From Candidatus Sericytochromatia bacterium (GTDB lineage Bacteria; Cyanobacteriota; Sericytochromatia; S15B-MN24; JAQBPE01), in assembly GCA_035285125.1 (NCBI GenBank), contig JAYKHR010000167.1, positions 1 to 47,444 of the forward strand: 47,444 nt of DNA, written 5' to 3'. The position numbers and the translations under genes are program-made. This document shows, one piece after another, positions 38,116 to 47,444 of the stretch. The notes beneath the pieces are model-generated. The model worked only from the letters and a program-made list of their open reading frames with translations. It did not search any database and was not told where the DNA came from. Numbering within the stretch: position 1 is the first letter of the stretch; every line of letters starts with the position of its first letter.

Positions 38116-38610
38116 ATGACCACCTGGCAGCTCCAGCTGCCCGATGCGGAGGCCACGGAGCGCCTCGGCGCCTGGCTCGGCGAGACGGCCGAGGCTGGGG
38201 ACGTGCTGCTGCTCGTGGGCAACCTGGGGGCAGGCAAGACAACGCTGGCCCGGGGCCTCGCCCGCGGGCTCGCCGTCGCGGAGCCCGTGACGTCGCCGAC
38301 CTTCGCGTTGCATCACGGCTACCGGGGAAGGCTGCCGTTCGAGCACCTGGATCTCTACCGCCTGACGCCGGCCGAGGTCGAGGCCGCCGGGCTGCCCGAG
38401 GTCTGGGAAGAGGGCCGGGGCGTGGTCGCCATCGAGTGGCCCGAGCGCCTGACGGACGACGCCCACGACCTGCGCCCCGAGGCGCCCCTCTCGCTGTTCC
38501 TCGTGGCCGATGCCGAGGAGGGCCGGCTCGCGCATCTGGAAGCCACCGAGGGGACGCGTGCCGCGGGCTGGCTGGCGGCCGTCGCGGCCCTGGCCGCGCC
38601 CCCCCCCTGA
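38116..38610 (+). CDS. tsaE: tRNA threonylcarbamoyladenosine biosynthesis ATPase TsaE
   Basis: GNLGAGKTT, SPTF, HLDLYRL and IEWPE motifs. Confidence 0.96.
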   Translation: MTTWQLQLPDAEATERLGAWLGETAEAGDVLLLVGNLGAGKTTLARGLARGLAVAEPVTSPTFALHHGYRGRLPFEHLDLYRLTPAEVEAAGLPEVWEEGRGVVAIEWPERLTDDAHDLRPEAPLSLFLVADAEEGRLAHLEATEGTRAAGWLAAVAALAAPPP

Positions 38611-38625
38611 GCCTGGAGGCGCGCG

Positions 38626-39336
38626 ATGCTGCTGGCCGTCAACACCGCCACCCCCCACCTGTCCGTCGCGCTCCTGGACGGCGAGCGCCTCGTGGCCGAG
38701 CTGGGACGCGACGTGGGCAACGGCCACTCCGAGGCCCTGTTCGTGCTGGTGGAGGCCCTCTTCGCCTGGACCGGCTGCCGGCGGGACGCGCTGTCCGGGC
38801 TGGGCGTGGCGATCGGGCCGGGGGGCTTCACGGGCGTGCGCACGGGGCTCGCCTTCGCCAAGACCGTCGCCCAGGCCCTCGCGATCCCCGTGTACGGCGT
38901 CGAGACCCTGCCCGCGCTGGCGGCCCAGCTGCCGGCAGCCAGGCGCGTGTGCGCGACGCTCGACGCCCGGCGGGGGCTCGTGTTCGCCGGCCTCTACGCC
39001 CCCGGCGAGCAAGGCCCCGAGGTGCTGGTGCCGCCGGCGCTCCATCGATTCGAGGCCTGGCAGGCGCTGCTCGCGGCCCGGGACGACGGGTCCGACGTCT
39101 GGTGGGTGGGCGAGGGCGCGAGCCGGCACCGGGAGGCCATCACCGCGGCGTGCGACGGCTGGCGCGTGCCGCCCGAGGCCCAGCTCGTCGCCGGCGCGGT
39201 GGGCGTGGGCCTGATCGCCGCGCGCAGGCTCGCAGCCAAGGAGCCCTCGGACGGGGAGGCCCTGGCCCCGCTGTACCTGCGGGAGCCACAGGCCGTGGTA
39301 AATTGGGAGGCCGCCGCCGCCGCCCCGCCCGCATGA
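38626..39336 (+). CDS. tsaB: t6A biosynthesis protein TsaB
   Basis: HSE.L, GPGGFTGVR, DARRG and PLYLR motifs. Confidence 0.95.
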   Translation: MLLAVNTATPHLSVALLDGERLVAELGRDVGNGHSEALFVLVEALFAWTGCRRDALSGLGVAIGPGGFTGVRTGLAFAKTVAQALAIPVYGVETLPALAAQLPAARRVCATLDARRGLVFAGLYAPGEQGPEVLVPPALHRFEAWQALLAARDDGSDVWWVGEGASRHREAITAACDGWRVPPEAQLVAGAVGVGLIAARRLAAKEPSDGEALAPLYLREPQAVVNWEAAAAAPPA

Positions 39337-39851
39337 AGGCCCCGATGCTCGAGATCCGGAAGATGCAGCCTGCCGACCTGCCCCGGGTGGTGGAGGTCGA
39401 GCGAGCCTGCTTCGGTGAGCGCTGGAGCCTGGCCGCGTTCCAGAACGAACTGGCGAACGCGCAGAGCAGCTACTTCGTCTCGCTGCACGCGGGCGCGATC
39501 GTCGGCTACGCGGGCTACTGGCTGATCCTGGAGGAGGCCCACATCACGACGATCGGAACGGATCCCACCCACCAGGGCCGCGGGTTCGGCGAGCGGATGC
39601 TGCTGCACCTCATCGAGCACGCGACGCGGGCCGAGGCGAAGTGGCTCACGCTGGAGGTGCGCGTCAGCAACCAGGCGGCGATCGCGCTGTACGAGAAGTA
39701 CGGATTCACCTCCCTCGGCCGCCGCCGCGGCTACTACCACGACAACCACGAGGACGCCCTCGTGATGTGGACGGAGAACATCGAGATGCCCGCCTACAAG
39801 GCGCTGCTTCAGGGGCACCGGGAGGCCCTCGAGGGGCGCGGGCTGGCCTGA
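39333..39851 (+). CDS. rimI: Ribosomal-protein-alanine N-acetyltransferase RimI
   Basis: EAHITT, QGRGFG, LEVRVSN..A..LY and YY.DN.EDA motifs; ATGA overlap with tsaB. Confidence 0.95.
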   Translation: MKAPMLEIRKMQPADLPRVVEVERACFGERWSLAAFQNELANAQSSYFVSLHAGAIVGYAGYWLILEEAHITTIGTDPTHQGRGFGERMLLHLIEHATRAEAKWLTLEVRVSNQAAIALYEKYGFTSLGRRRGYYHDNHEDALVMWTENIEMPAYKALLQGHREALEGRGLA

Positions 39852-39900
39852 CGGCGCCGGCGCCCGGAAGGCGCAGGGCCAGCCCGGGTATCATGCGACC

Positions 39901-41367
39901 GTGCCCCCCCCTGCTCGTGGCTGCTTCGCCTTCTCCCTCCTCGCCTGGCTGGCCTGGACCGCCGTGCCGGCCCAGGCGGCGGCCCTGTCTCCTGACGACG
40001 CCCGCCACCTGCTGGCCCGGGCCGCCTATGGCCCGGCCCCCGGTGAGCTCGCGGCGCTGCAGGCGCAGGGCCTGGACGCGTGGCTGGCGGCACAACTCTC
40101 GCCCGCCGCTGGCGAGCCCCCGGCGTTGCAGGCCCGGCTCGACACGCTCGACACGCTGGCGTTGACGCCCCTCGAACGGGCGCGGCGGTTCCGCGCCCCG
40201 CTGAAGGCCGCCAAGCGGGAGCGGCAAGCGGCCCCCGAGGCGCTCCGGGAGGCGCGGCAGGCCGAACGCGAGCTGCTCCACCAGGCCCAGGCCGCCCGGC
40301 TGTGGCGGGCCGTGGGCAGCCCCCACCAGCTGCGTGAGGTGATGGTCGAGTTCTGGGCCGACCACTTCAACGTGTATGCCCGCAAGCGCACCGTCGGCGC
40401 GATGCTCGGCGATCTCGAGGAGCGCGTGCTGCGCCCGCAGGCCCTGGGACGCTTCCGCGCGCTGCTCGGGGCCGTCGCGCGCCACCCCGCGATGCTCGAC
40501 TACCTCGACAACTGGCGCAACTCGCGCCCCACCGGCCAGGGCGGCCGCTTCGGCGGGCTCAACGAGAACTACGCCCGCGAGCTGCTGGAGCTCCACACGC
40601 TGGGGGTGCAGGGCGGCTACACGCAGACGGACGTGGGGGCGCTCGCGACGGTGCTGACCGGCTGGGGCTTGCCGCGTGGCTGGCCCGACCCCAAGGGCCC
40701 TGACGTGGACGCCTCCGGCTTCCGCTTCGACCCCCGGCGCCACGTCCCGGGCGACAAGCGCGTGCTCGGCACGCGCATCCCGGGCGGGGGGGTGGACGAG
40801 GGCGAGCGCGTGCTCGACATGCTCGCGGCCCACCCCGCCACCGCCCACTTCCTGGCGCGCAAGCTGGCCCAGCGCTTCGTGGGTGACGCCCCCCCGGAGC
40901 CCCTGGTCACGGCCGTGGCCGAGGCCTTCTCCCGCTCGGGGGGGCGACTCGACGCCACGCTGCACGCCCTGCTTCGCCACCCGGGGTTCTGGGCGCGCGA
41001 GGCCCGAGGCACCCGATTCAAGACGCCCTACAGGCTCGTGGTCTCCACCCACCGGGCCCTCGGCCAGCTGCCGGAGGATGCCGGGCCCAGCCTCCGCGCC
41101 CTCGAGCGCCTCGGCCAGCCGCTGCACGGGCGCGTCACGCCCGACGGCTGGCCCGTGACGCGCGCCGCCTGGCTGAACCCCGACGCCATGGCGCGACGCG
41201 TCGGCCTCGCGGCCGCCAGCGCGCGCGGCGCCCAGGCCTCCCCCGAAGCCGTGCGGGAGACGCTCGGTGAGCCCTTCGGGACGACCACGCTGGCCGCCGT
41301 GGCGGCTGCCCCCGCGGGGCTGCGGGTGGCGCTGCTGCTCGGCGCTCCCGAGTTCCAGCAGCACTGA
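39901..41367 (+). CDS. DUF1800 family exported protein
   Basis: QLREVM..FW.DHFNV, PAML.YLDN, NENYARELLELHTLG; C-terminal PEFQ. Start uncertain. Confidence 0.92.
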   Translation: MPPPARGCFAFSLLAWLAWTAVPAQAAALSPDDARHLLARAAYGPAPGELAALQAQGLDAWLAAQLSPAAGEPPALQARLDTLDTLALTPLERARRFRAPLKAAKRERQAAPEALREARQAERELLHQAQAARLWRAVGSPHQLREVMVEFWADHFNVYARKRTVGAMLGDLEERVLRPQALGRFRALLGAVARHPAMLDYLDNWRNSRPTGQGGRFGGLNENYARELLELHTLGVQGGYTQTDVGALATVLTGWGLPRGWPDPKGPDVDASGFRFDPRRHVPGDKRVLGTRIPGGGVDEGERVLDMLAAHPATAHFLARKLAQRFVGDAPPEPLVTAVAEAFSRSGGRLDATLHALLRHPGFWAREARGTRFKTPYRLVVSTHRALGQLPEDAGPSLRALERLGQPLHGRVTPDGWPVTRAAWLNPDAMARRVGLAAASARGAQASPEAVRETLGEPFGTTTLAAVAAAPAGLRVALLLGAPEFQQH

Positions 41368-41381
41368 GCGGGAGATCCTCC

Positions 41382-42611
41382 ATGCACCGCCGCGCCTTCC
41401 TGCAAGCCCTGGGCCTCGCCGCCGGCGAACTCTTGTTGCCCCTCGGACGGGGCGCCTGGGCCCGCCTGGAGGCCCGCCCCGGCCCCCGGCTCGTGGTGGT
41501 GCTCCTGCGCGGCGCGGTGGACGGCCTCAGCGTGGTCGTGCCGTGGCGCGATGCCCACTATGCCGCCGCGCGGCCCGGCATCGGCCTCGCGGCGCCAGGG
41601 GAGGCCAACGGGGTGCTGCCCCTCGACGCCACCTTCGGGCTGCACCCGGCCCTGGCACCCCTGCTGCCAGCCTGGCAGGGCGGCCGGCTCGCCTTCGTGC
41701 ACGCCTGTGGCGACCCGGCCGGTGGCCGCTCCCACTTCGAGGCCCAGGCCGCGATGGAGGCCGGCACGCCGGGCCGCGCGGCCGTTGACGACGGCTGGCT
41801 CGGCCGGCTGGCCGCCCAGCTGGGGCACGAGGCCGTCGCCCTGGACGCCACGCTGCCGCAAGTCCTGCGGGGCGGGCCACCAGCCCAGGTCGTGCCCCCG
41901 GGCCGGGGCGCCACCACCCCCATCGCGATCGACCGGCCGGGGGTGCAGACCGCGTTCGACCGCCTTTACCGGGGTGACGACCCCCTGAGCCGCGCCTACA
42001 GGCAGGGGCGGACCCAGCGAGAGGCGCTGCTGGCCGACCTGGCCGGGCTGGAGGCCGAGGCCGTCGCGGCGGACGGCGGGGCCCGCAGCGCCGCAGGGCT
42101 CGCCCGCGATGCCGCCACGCTCGCCCGGCTGCTGGTGCGGCACCCGTCGCTGCGCCTGGCCTTCCTGCCGGTGGGTGGCTGGGACACCCACGTGGGGCAG
42201 GGTGGCGCGCGCGGGCAGCTGGCGACCCGCCTCGGCCAGCTGGCCGAGGGGCTGGTGGCCCTGGAGCAGGGCCTGGGCGCGGAGGCCGAGCAGGCGGTGA
42301 TCGTGGTGATGTCGGAGTTCGGGCGCACCGTCGCGGAGAACGGCAACGGCGGCACCGATCACGGGCACGGGAACGTGGTCTGGCTGCTGGGGGCCGGCGT
42401 CGCAGGCGGCAGGGTCCACGGCCGTTGGCCGGGCCTGGCCCCCGAGGCCCGCTTCGAGGGCCGCGACCTCGCCGTGACGACCGACTGGCGCCAGGTGATC
42501 GCCGCCGTGCTGGGGGCGGGGTGGGGGCTCACGCCGGCCCAACTCGGGCGGGTGATGCCGGGCCTCGGCCCCTCGGCCGGGACCGGCCTGCCAGGGCTGA
42601 TGCGCCAGTAA
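41382..42611 (+). CDS. DUF1501 family Tat-exported protein
   Basis: RRAFL Tat motif; LRGAVDGL, RSHFEAQ, GGWDTH and SEFGRT..N...GTDHG motifs. Confidence 0.93.
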   Translation: MHRRAFLQALGLAAGELLLPLGRGAWARLEARPGPRLVVVLLRGAVDGLSVVVPWRDAHYAAARPGIGLAAPGEANGVLPLDATFGLHPALAPLLPAWQGGRLAFVHACGDPAGGRSHFEAQAAMEAGTPGRAAVDDGWLGRLAAQLGHEAVALDATLPQVLRGGPPAQVVPPGRGATTPIAIDRPGVQTAFDRLYRGDDPLSRAYRQGRTQREALLADLAGLEAEAVAADGGARSAAGLARDAATLARLLVRHPSLRLAFLPVGGWDTHVGQGGARGQLATRLGQLAEGLVALEQGLGAEAEQAVIVVMSEFGRTVAENGNGGTDHGHGNVVWLLGAGVAGGRVHGRWPGLAPEARFEGRDLAVTTDWRQVIAAVLGAGWGLTPAQLGRVMPGLGPSAGTGLPGLMRQ

Positions 42612-43109
42612 GGTAGGACCCAGGCCCTCACGCCGTGCCAAGGGGTTGAAGCCACCATCGTTCCCCACTCCGTCCCGGAGAGGAGCCGCGTCAGCGGGGG
42701 TGAGGTTGCCGCGGGGGAGGCACGGGCCAGGCGTCAAGTTTGGCGACGGCGGCTTGGTGTTTCGTTCAGTTCCGGGTTCCGGGCCCCGACCGTTCGCCCG
42801 GCCGAAAGAGCGGGTAGACTTCATGGTAGGCCCTCCCCGCGCCCCCCCGCTCCCGGTCACCCCTCCCACCGCCGAGCCTGCTGAGGTCCAGGATGACGTC
42901 CATCACCCCCGCCTCCGGCAGCCCCCCCTCGGCCCGGGCCACCCAGCCGCCCGCGGGTGGCTGAGGATGCGATCGCAGGGATTATTTCAAAATTGTTAAA
43001 ACCTTGTTGATGTCGCATCAAATTCAGCTTGGCGGGCCGTGCACGGCCCCATAACCACCCCACAGACGGCGCCGGGCGTTCCGGCGCGTGGAGAGAGAGG
43101 ACGACTGGC

Positions 43110-44270
43110 ATGACGAGGATCACTGCAGGGACCACGCCAGCTGCCGCCGTTGCCCCGGCGGGCGGGGGCCAGCGGCCCCAGAACGCCGCCGATCGCTTCC
43201 TCCAGAGCGCCATGCGCTTCCAGGGTCAGCCCTACCGCTGGGGCGGCGGGCACGTCGCCAAGACCTTCGACGGCCCCGGGCCCGTCGACTGCTCCGGCCT
43301 CGTGCAGCAGGCCGCCCGCATGGCAGGGGTCAACCTCGACGGCACGGCGGCAACGCAGCAACGCATGGGCAAGCCCGTGGCCATGAACGACCTCAAGCCC
43401 GGCGACCTCGTCTTCCGGGGCAACCCGGCCCACCACGTGGGGATCTACCTCGGCGAAGGCAAGGTGCTGCACGCGCCCAAGACGGGTGACCACGTGCGCA
43501 TCACGTCGCTCGAGGGCTGGACCAGCGCCCGGCGCGTCTTCGACGAGGCCGGCCAGGCCGTCGACACCGCCGGCCGTGGGGCCACGCCCGACGCGGCCGG
43601 CGGCACGCCCCGGATGCAGCCGGACGGCGCCAACGTCGCGGGCAACGGCCGGCGCCCGAGCGCCTTTTCGCTGCCCGCACCCGAGACCGAGGAGGAGCGC
43701 GAGCGGCGGCAAGCGGGCGGCGGCGGTGGCGCCCGGCCTGCTGGCGGCGGTGGAGGCACCCGGCCTGCCGGCGGCGCGGCACCCGCGAGAGGCGGCGGCG
43801 CGACTCACTCGGGGCTGGGGCAGGTGAACTCCACCAACCCCGGCAACCTCGGCGACATCCTCGCCAAGCTCGAGGCCGCCGGCGTGTCCAAGGAGTTCCT
43901 GCAGGAGCTGTCCAAGAAGTACGGCGTGCCGCTCGAGATGATCCTCGCCGTCATCAAGCAGGAATCGGGGGGCGACCCCAACGCCCGCAGCGGCGCTGGC
44001 GCCCAGGGTCTGATGCAGCTGATGCCCGACACCGCGCGTGGGCTCGGCGTCAACGATCCGATGGACCCCAAGCAAAACGTCGAGGGGGGCGTGAAGTACC
44101 TCGCCGAGATGCTGCAGCGCTTCGGCGGTGACACCAGCAAGGCGCTGGCCGGCTACAACGCCGGGCCCGGCAACGTCGAGAAGTACGGCGGCATCCCGCC
44201 CTTTGCCGAGACCCAGAACTACGTCCGCAACATCACGGCGATGATGAACCAGGGTGGTGAGCCAGCGTGA
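43110..44270 (+). CDS. NlpC/P60 endopeptidase fused to an SLT lytic transglycosylase
   Basis: PYRWGG...DCSG...GDLVF...HVGIY; Gly-rich linker; QES, GAQGLMQLMP, AGYNAG and ETQNYV motifs. Confidence 0.93.
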   Translation: MTRITAGTTPAAAVAPAGGGQRPQNAADRFLQSAMRFQGQPYRWGGGHVAKTFDGPGPVDCSGLVQQAARMAGVNLDGTAATQQRMGKPVAMNDLKPGDLVFRGNPAHHVGIYLGEGKVLHAPKTGDHVRITSLEGWTSARRVFDEAGQAVDTAGRGATPDAAGGTPRMQPDGANVAGNGRRPSAFSLPAPETEEERERRQAGGGGGARPAGGGGGTRPAGGAAPARGGGATHSGLGQVNSTNPGNLGDILAKLEAAGVSKEFLQELSKKYGVPLEMILAVIKQESGGDPNARSGAGAQGLMQLMPDTARGLGVNDPMDPKQNVEGGVKYLAEMLQRFGGDTSKALAGYNAGPGNVEKYGGIPPFAETQNYVRNITAMMNQGGEPA

Positions 44271-44344
44271 CCGGCGTCCACGCGCCCCGCGGGCGAGCGT
44301 GGTAGGCTGGGTGCCTGCTGGGCTGGGGCCCTGAGGGAGACGGG

Positions 44345-45133
44345 ATGCGCATCCTGGTATCGAACGACGATGGGATCACGGCGCCGGGCATCCGGGCGCT
44401 CGCGGCGGCGCTCGCCGAGGACCACGAGGTCCTGGTGGTGGCCCCCGACCGCGAGCGCAGCGCCACCGGCCACGCCCTCACGCTGCACCGCCCGCTGCGG
44501 GCCGAACCCTACGAGCCGTGGGGACGGGTGGCGGGGGCCTGGGCCATCTCGGGCACGCCCTCGGACTGCGTGAAGCTCGCCCTCGGCGCCCTGCTGGACG
44601 GTCCACCCGACCTGGTCTGTTCGGGCATCAACCGCGGGCCGAACCTCGGCACGGACGTGCTGTACTCCGGCACCGTGTCCGCGGCGCTGGAGGCCGTGAT
44701 CAACGACGTGCCGGCCGTCGCGTTCTCGCTCGCCACCTTCAGCGACGTGGGGTACGACCGAGCTGCCGCCTTCGCCCACCACCTCGTCGGGCAGCTCGCG
44801 GGGCGCCCGCTGCCGCCGAAGTTCCTGCTGAACGTCAACCTGCCGCCCGTGCAAGGTGACGCCTACGCTGGCGTACGCGTGACGCGCCTCGGTGTTCGGC
44901 GCTACCTGGACACCTTCGAGCACCGCAAGGATCCGCTCGGCCGCACCTTCTACTGGCTGGCCGGCGAGGCCCAGGAGCTCGGCGAGGCCGCCGACTCCGA
45001 CGTCGTGGCGGTGCGGGACAACCACGTCTCGATCACGCCCATCCAGTACGACCTCACGCACACGGGGGCCATGGCGGGGCTGCAGGGCTGGGGCTTCAGC
45101 GTCCCGGCAGCCGAGGGCGCCGGCGCTGGTTGA
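44345..45133 (+). CDS. surE: 5'/3'-nucleotidase SurE
   Basis: ILVSNDDG, GTPSDCV, SGINRGPN and YSGTV motifs. Confidence 0.97.
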   Translation: MRILVSNDDGITAPGIRALAAALAEDHEVLVVAPDRERSATGHALTLHRPLRAEPYEPWGRVAGAWAISGTPSDCVKLALGALLDGPPDLVCSGINRGPNLGTDVLYSGTVSAALEAVINDVPAVAFSLATFSDVGYDRAAAFAHHLVGQLAGRPLPPKFLLNVNLPPVQGDAYAGVRVTRLGVRRYLDTFEHRKDPLGRTFYWLAGEAQELGEAADSDVVAVRDNHVSITPIQYDLTHTGAMAGLQGWGFSVPAAEGAGAG

Positions 45134-45188
45134 AGCCGGGGCCCGGGGGGGTACACTGCAAGCCGTTCGGTTGCAGGGAGGCCTCTTC

Positions 45189-46679
45189 GTGTTCCGCTGG
45201 CTCCGCCTCGTCATCGCCCTGTTGCTCGTCGCCGTGGCCACGGCCTCACCCGCCTGGGCCGACACGCTCGATGACCTCCGCCGGCGTGGCGAGCTGACTT
45301 GGGGCACGGACCAGGAGGGTGGCGCGCCCTACGTGCAGCCCGACGCCCAGGCACCGGACGGCGTGGGGGGCTTCGAGACGGAGATCGGGCGGGCGATCGC
45401 CAAGGAGCTCGGCGTGAAGGGCCGCCCCGTCCACAACGCCTGGGACGGGCTGATCCCTGCCCTGGAGCGCCGGAACTACGACATGGCGTTCAACGGCCTC
45501 GAGGTGACGCCGGACCGTCTTGACAAGGTCGTCTTCAGCCGGCCGTACTACGTCTACACCCAGCAGATCGTGGTGCGGAAGGGCGCCGTGGGCATCAACG
45601 GGCTGCGCGACCTCAAGGGCAAGCGCGTCGGCACCCTCGGCGCCACGGTCGCGGAGCGGCTGCTGAAGCACGTGGGCGGCGTGGACATCAAGATCTACCC
45701 CTCAAGCGTGCAGCCCTTCGACGACCTGCTGCTCGGCCGCCTCGACGCCGTGCTGCAGGACCTGCCCATCGCCGTGGCCTACGCCAGGCAGAAGGGGCTC
45801 GTGTTCGCCGGGCAGCCCTTCGGTGAGGGCCTCTACGCGATCGCGCTGCGCAAGGAAGACGAGCGCCTGAAGCGCGAGGTCGACGCCGCCATTGGCCGCC
45901 TGATCGACAACGGCGAGCTGCGCCGCATCCTCGAGCGCTACGAGCTATGGAACGAGGCCCAGGCCAAGCTGAAGGCCCCCTTCGACCAGATCGTGGCCGA
46001 CAGCGCCGCCGTGCCTGTCCCCACGAACCGGACGTTCGCCCAGCAACTGCGGGACGCAGCGCCTCTGCTGGCGAAGGGGACGATGATGACCATCACAGTC
46101 TCGACGCTCGGGATGGCGCTGGCGATGGCCCTCGGCATTGGCCTCGCGCTGCTGCGGGTGTACGGGCACCGGGCGCTGGCCTGGCTCGCCACGGCCTACG
46201 TGGAGGTGTTCCGCGGCACGCCGCTGCTCATCCAGCTCTTCTTGATCTATTACGGCCTCCCAAACCTCGGCATCCAGCTCGACGCCTTCGTGGCCGCCGT
46301 GGTCGGGCTCGGCCTGAACTACGCAGCCTACGAGGCCGAGAACTACCGCGCCGGCCTGCTCGCCGTGCCCAAGGGCCAGGTAGAGGCCGCCCTCGCGCTG
46401 GGCCTGACGCGGACGCAGATGCTGCGCGAGGTGGTCATGCCCCAGGCCATCCGAATTGTGATCCCCCCCGTCACCAACGACTTCATCGCGCTCTTCAAGG
46501 ACAGCTCCGTCGTCAGCGTGATCACCATGGTGGAGCTCACCAAGGCCTACGGGATGATCGCCTCCGAGACCTACAACTACATGGCCTTCGGGCTCGTGAC
46601 GGCCGCGATCTACTTCTGCCTGAGCTACCCGACGAGCCTCTTCGCGCGCTGGCTCGAGGTGCGGCTGCGGCCGGCGTGA
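45189..46679 (+). CDS. Polar amino acid ABC transporter, fused substrate-binding protein and permease
   Basis: Signal peptide, SBP_bac_3 motifs (FSRPYY), then FRGTPLL, AYEAE..R, EAA.ALG and KDSS. Confidence 0.93.
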   Translation: MFRWLRLVIALLLVAVATASPAWADTLDDLRRRGELTWGTDQEGGAPYVQPDAQAPDGVGGFETEIGRAIAKELGVKGRPVHNAWDGLIPALERRNYDMAFNGLEVTPDRLDKVVFSRPYYVYTQQIVVRKGAVGINGLRDLKGKRVGTLGATVAERLLKHVGGVDIKIYPSSVQPFDDLLLGRLDAVLQDLPIAVAYARQKGLVFAGQPFGEGLYAIALRKEDERLKREVDAAIGRLIDNGELRRILERYELWNEAQAKLKAPFDQIVADSAAVPVPTNRTFAQQLRDAAPLLAKGTMMTITVSTLGMALAMALGIGLALLRVYGHRALAWLATAYVEVFRGTPLLIQLFLIYYGLPNLGIQLDAFVAAVVGLGLNYAAYEAENYRAGLLAVPKGQVEAALALGLTRTQMLREVVMPQAIRIVIPPVTNDFIALFKDSSVVSVITMVELTKAYGMIASETYNYMAFGLVTAAIYFCLSYPTSLFARWLEVRLRPA

Positions 46680-46987
46680 GCGGGGGCCCCGCCCTCGCCG
46701 CGGCCCCGATGGGGGTGGTCGGCTGCGTGCAGGCCGTCAACGCCGACCTGCAGGGTCATCAGCTGGCCGGCTGATGGCCCCGACGCGCGTGGCGCGTGGC
46801 GGGGTGCCCCGGGCCCAAACCGCCGGCTGGGGGCGGTCATCTTAACAGATCTCGCGCGAAGATCTTAAAACTTTCTTAACGGCACTCCCTCGATTGGGAA
46901 TCGCACGGGAACCCGCGGCCCGCACAACCAGGGCGTGAGGCCCGCCAGCGGCGCCCCCCCCCCCCGGCAACGCGGAGACCCCAGCCC

Positions 46988-47444
46988 ATGGCCGCCATCA
47001 CCACCCGAGCCGTCACCTGGTTCCAGAAGGCCTTCACGCGCTACGGCCCCCCCAACGTCAGCGACGACGTGGCGCGGCGGCTCAAGGTGCGCGAGACCAT
47101 CCCGGGCGCCCTGCACCCCGTGCGCGTTTCGACGTACGTGCAGCAGCCCGGGCAGGTGGCGCGCGAGGTCGTGCCATCGGTCAGGCCGACCATCAAAAAC
47201 GACGCCTGGGTCCCCTCGGCGGCGACGGCCCGCGTGGGCAAGGCCCTCGACATGACGCCAGGGGTGGCCATCAAGCCGGGCGACGTGCTGGCCCGGGGCA
47301 ACGGCGAGCTGCTCGATGCCATGTCGCTCGGGGGGCTGGCCGTCTCGGTGCAGCGCTTCTTGAAGACGGGGCGCTGGCAGGCCCACCAGGGGGACGTCGG
47401 CCACGTGGCCGTCGCTGGCCTCGACGCCCGGGGCAAGCTCGGCG
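46988..47444 (+). CDS. Partial gene (runs off the window), possibly a permuted NlpC/P60 (YiiX/YebB-like) enzyme
   Basis: GGAGA RBS; open frame MAAITTRAVTWFQK...IKPGDVL...GHVAV to the window end; absent from the ORF track because it has no stop. Confidence 0.6.
   Translation, partial: MAAITTRAVTWFQKAFTRYGPPNVSDDVARRLKVRETIPGALHPVRVSTYVQQPGQVAREVVPSVRPTIKNDAWVPSAATARVGKALDMTPGVAIKPGDVLARGNGELLDAMSLGGLAVSVQRFLKTGRWQAHQGDVGHVAVAGLDARGKLG

Noticed and set aside
42890..42908. Fluoride-riboswitch-like start GGTGATGGACGTCATC on the minus strand
   Set aside because: The downstream pseudoknot partner is missing and no fluoride-related gene follows.
43007..43021. FNR box
   Set aside because: Spacing is TTGAT-N5-ATCAA rather than the required N4; kept only as an unassigned inverted repeat.

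Overview
Very GC-rich chromosomal window from a diderm bacterium. A non-photosynthetic Cyanobacteriota lineage such as Sericytochromatia is my unverified guess, based on the CRISPR repeat type and gene content. The window opens inside a CRISPR array (two 37-nt repeats and one spacer, transcribed leftwards), followed by its leader, a small exported zinc-finger-like gene, cas2, cas1 and a stand-alone P-loop (polynucleotide-kinase-like) gene. No cas effector, cas6 or cas4 is visible. An accessory block follows: lipoprotein-esterase, SDR, a collapsed nhaD relic, DUF2490 barrel, carotenoid oxygenase, fatty-acid desaturase, Ig-like lipoproteins, two VOC/PhnB proteins, a GH13 enzyme, a LolA-like protein, a CNNM/CBS protein and a PilT paralogue. 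Next is a complete maf-radC-mreBCD-mrdA-minCDE-rodA operon whose MinE is nearly three times normal length. The right half holds an LRV/HEAT-repeat protein, an S8 protease, a Cache-domain pentameric ligand-gated channel-like protein, a 6S RNA in front of tsaE-tsaB-rimI, DUF1800/DUF1501, an NlpC/P60-SLT fusion, surE, an ABC SBP-permease fusion and a truncated permuted-NlpC-like gene. Best leads: (1) the cas1-cas2-Zn-finger operon with a neighbouring kinase; (2) a recurring CTTAA-N6-CTT-N12/13-CGAT upstream motif in front of three orphan genes that lack signal peptides; (3) the extended MinE; (4) the Cache-pLGIC. All calls come from reading motifs by eye; no database search was run. Several starts were moved from the ORF track to RBS-supported codons.
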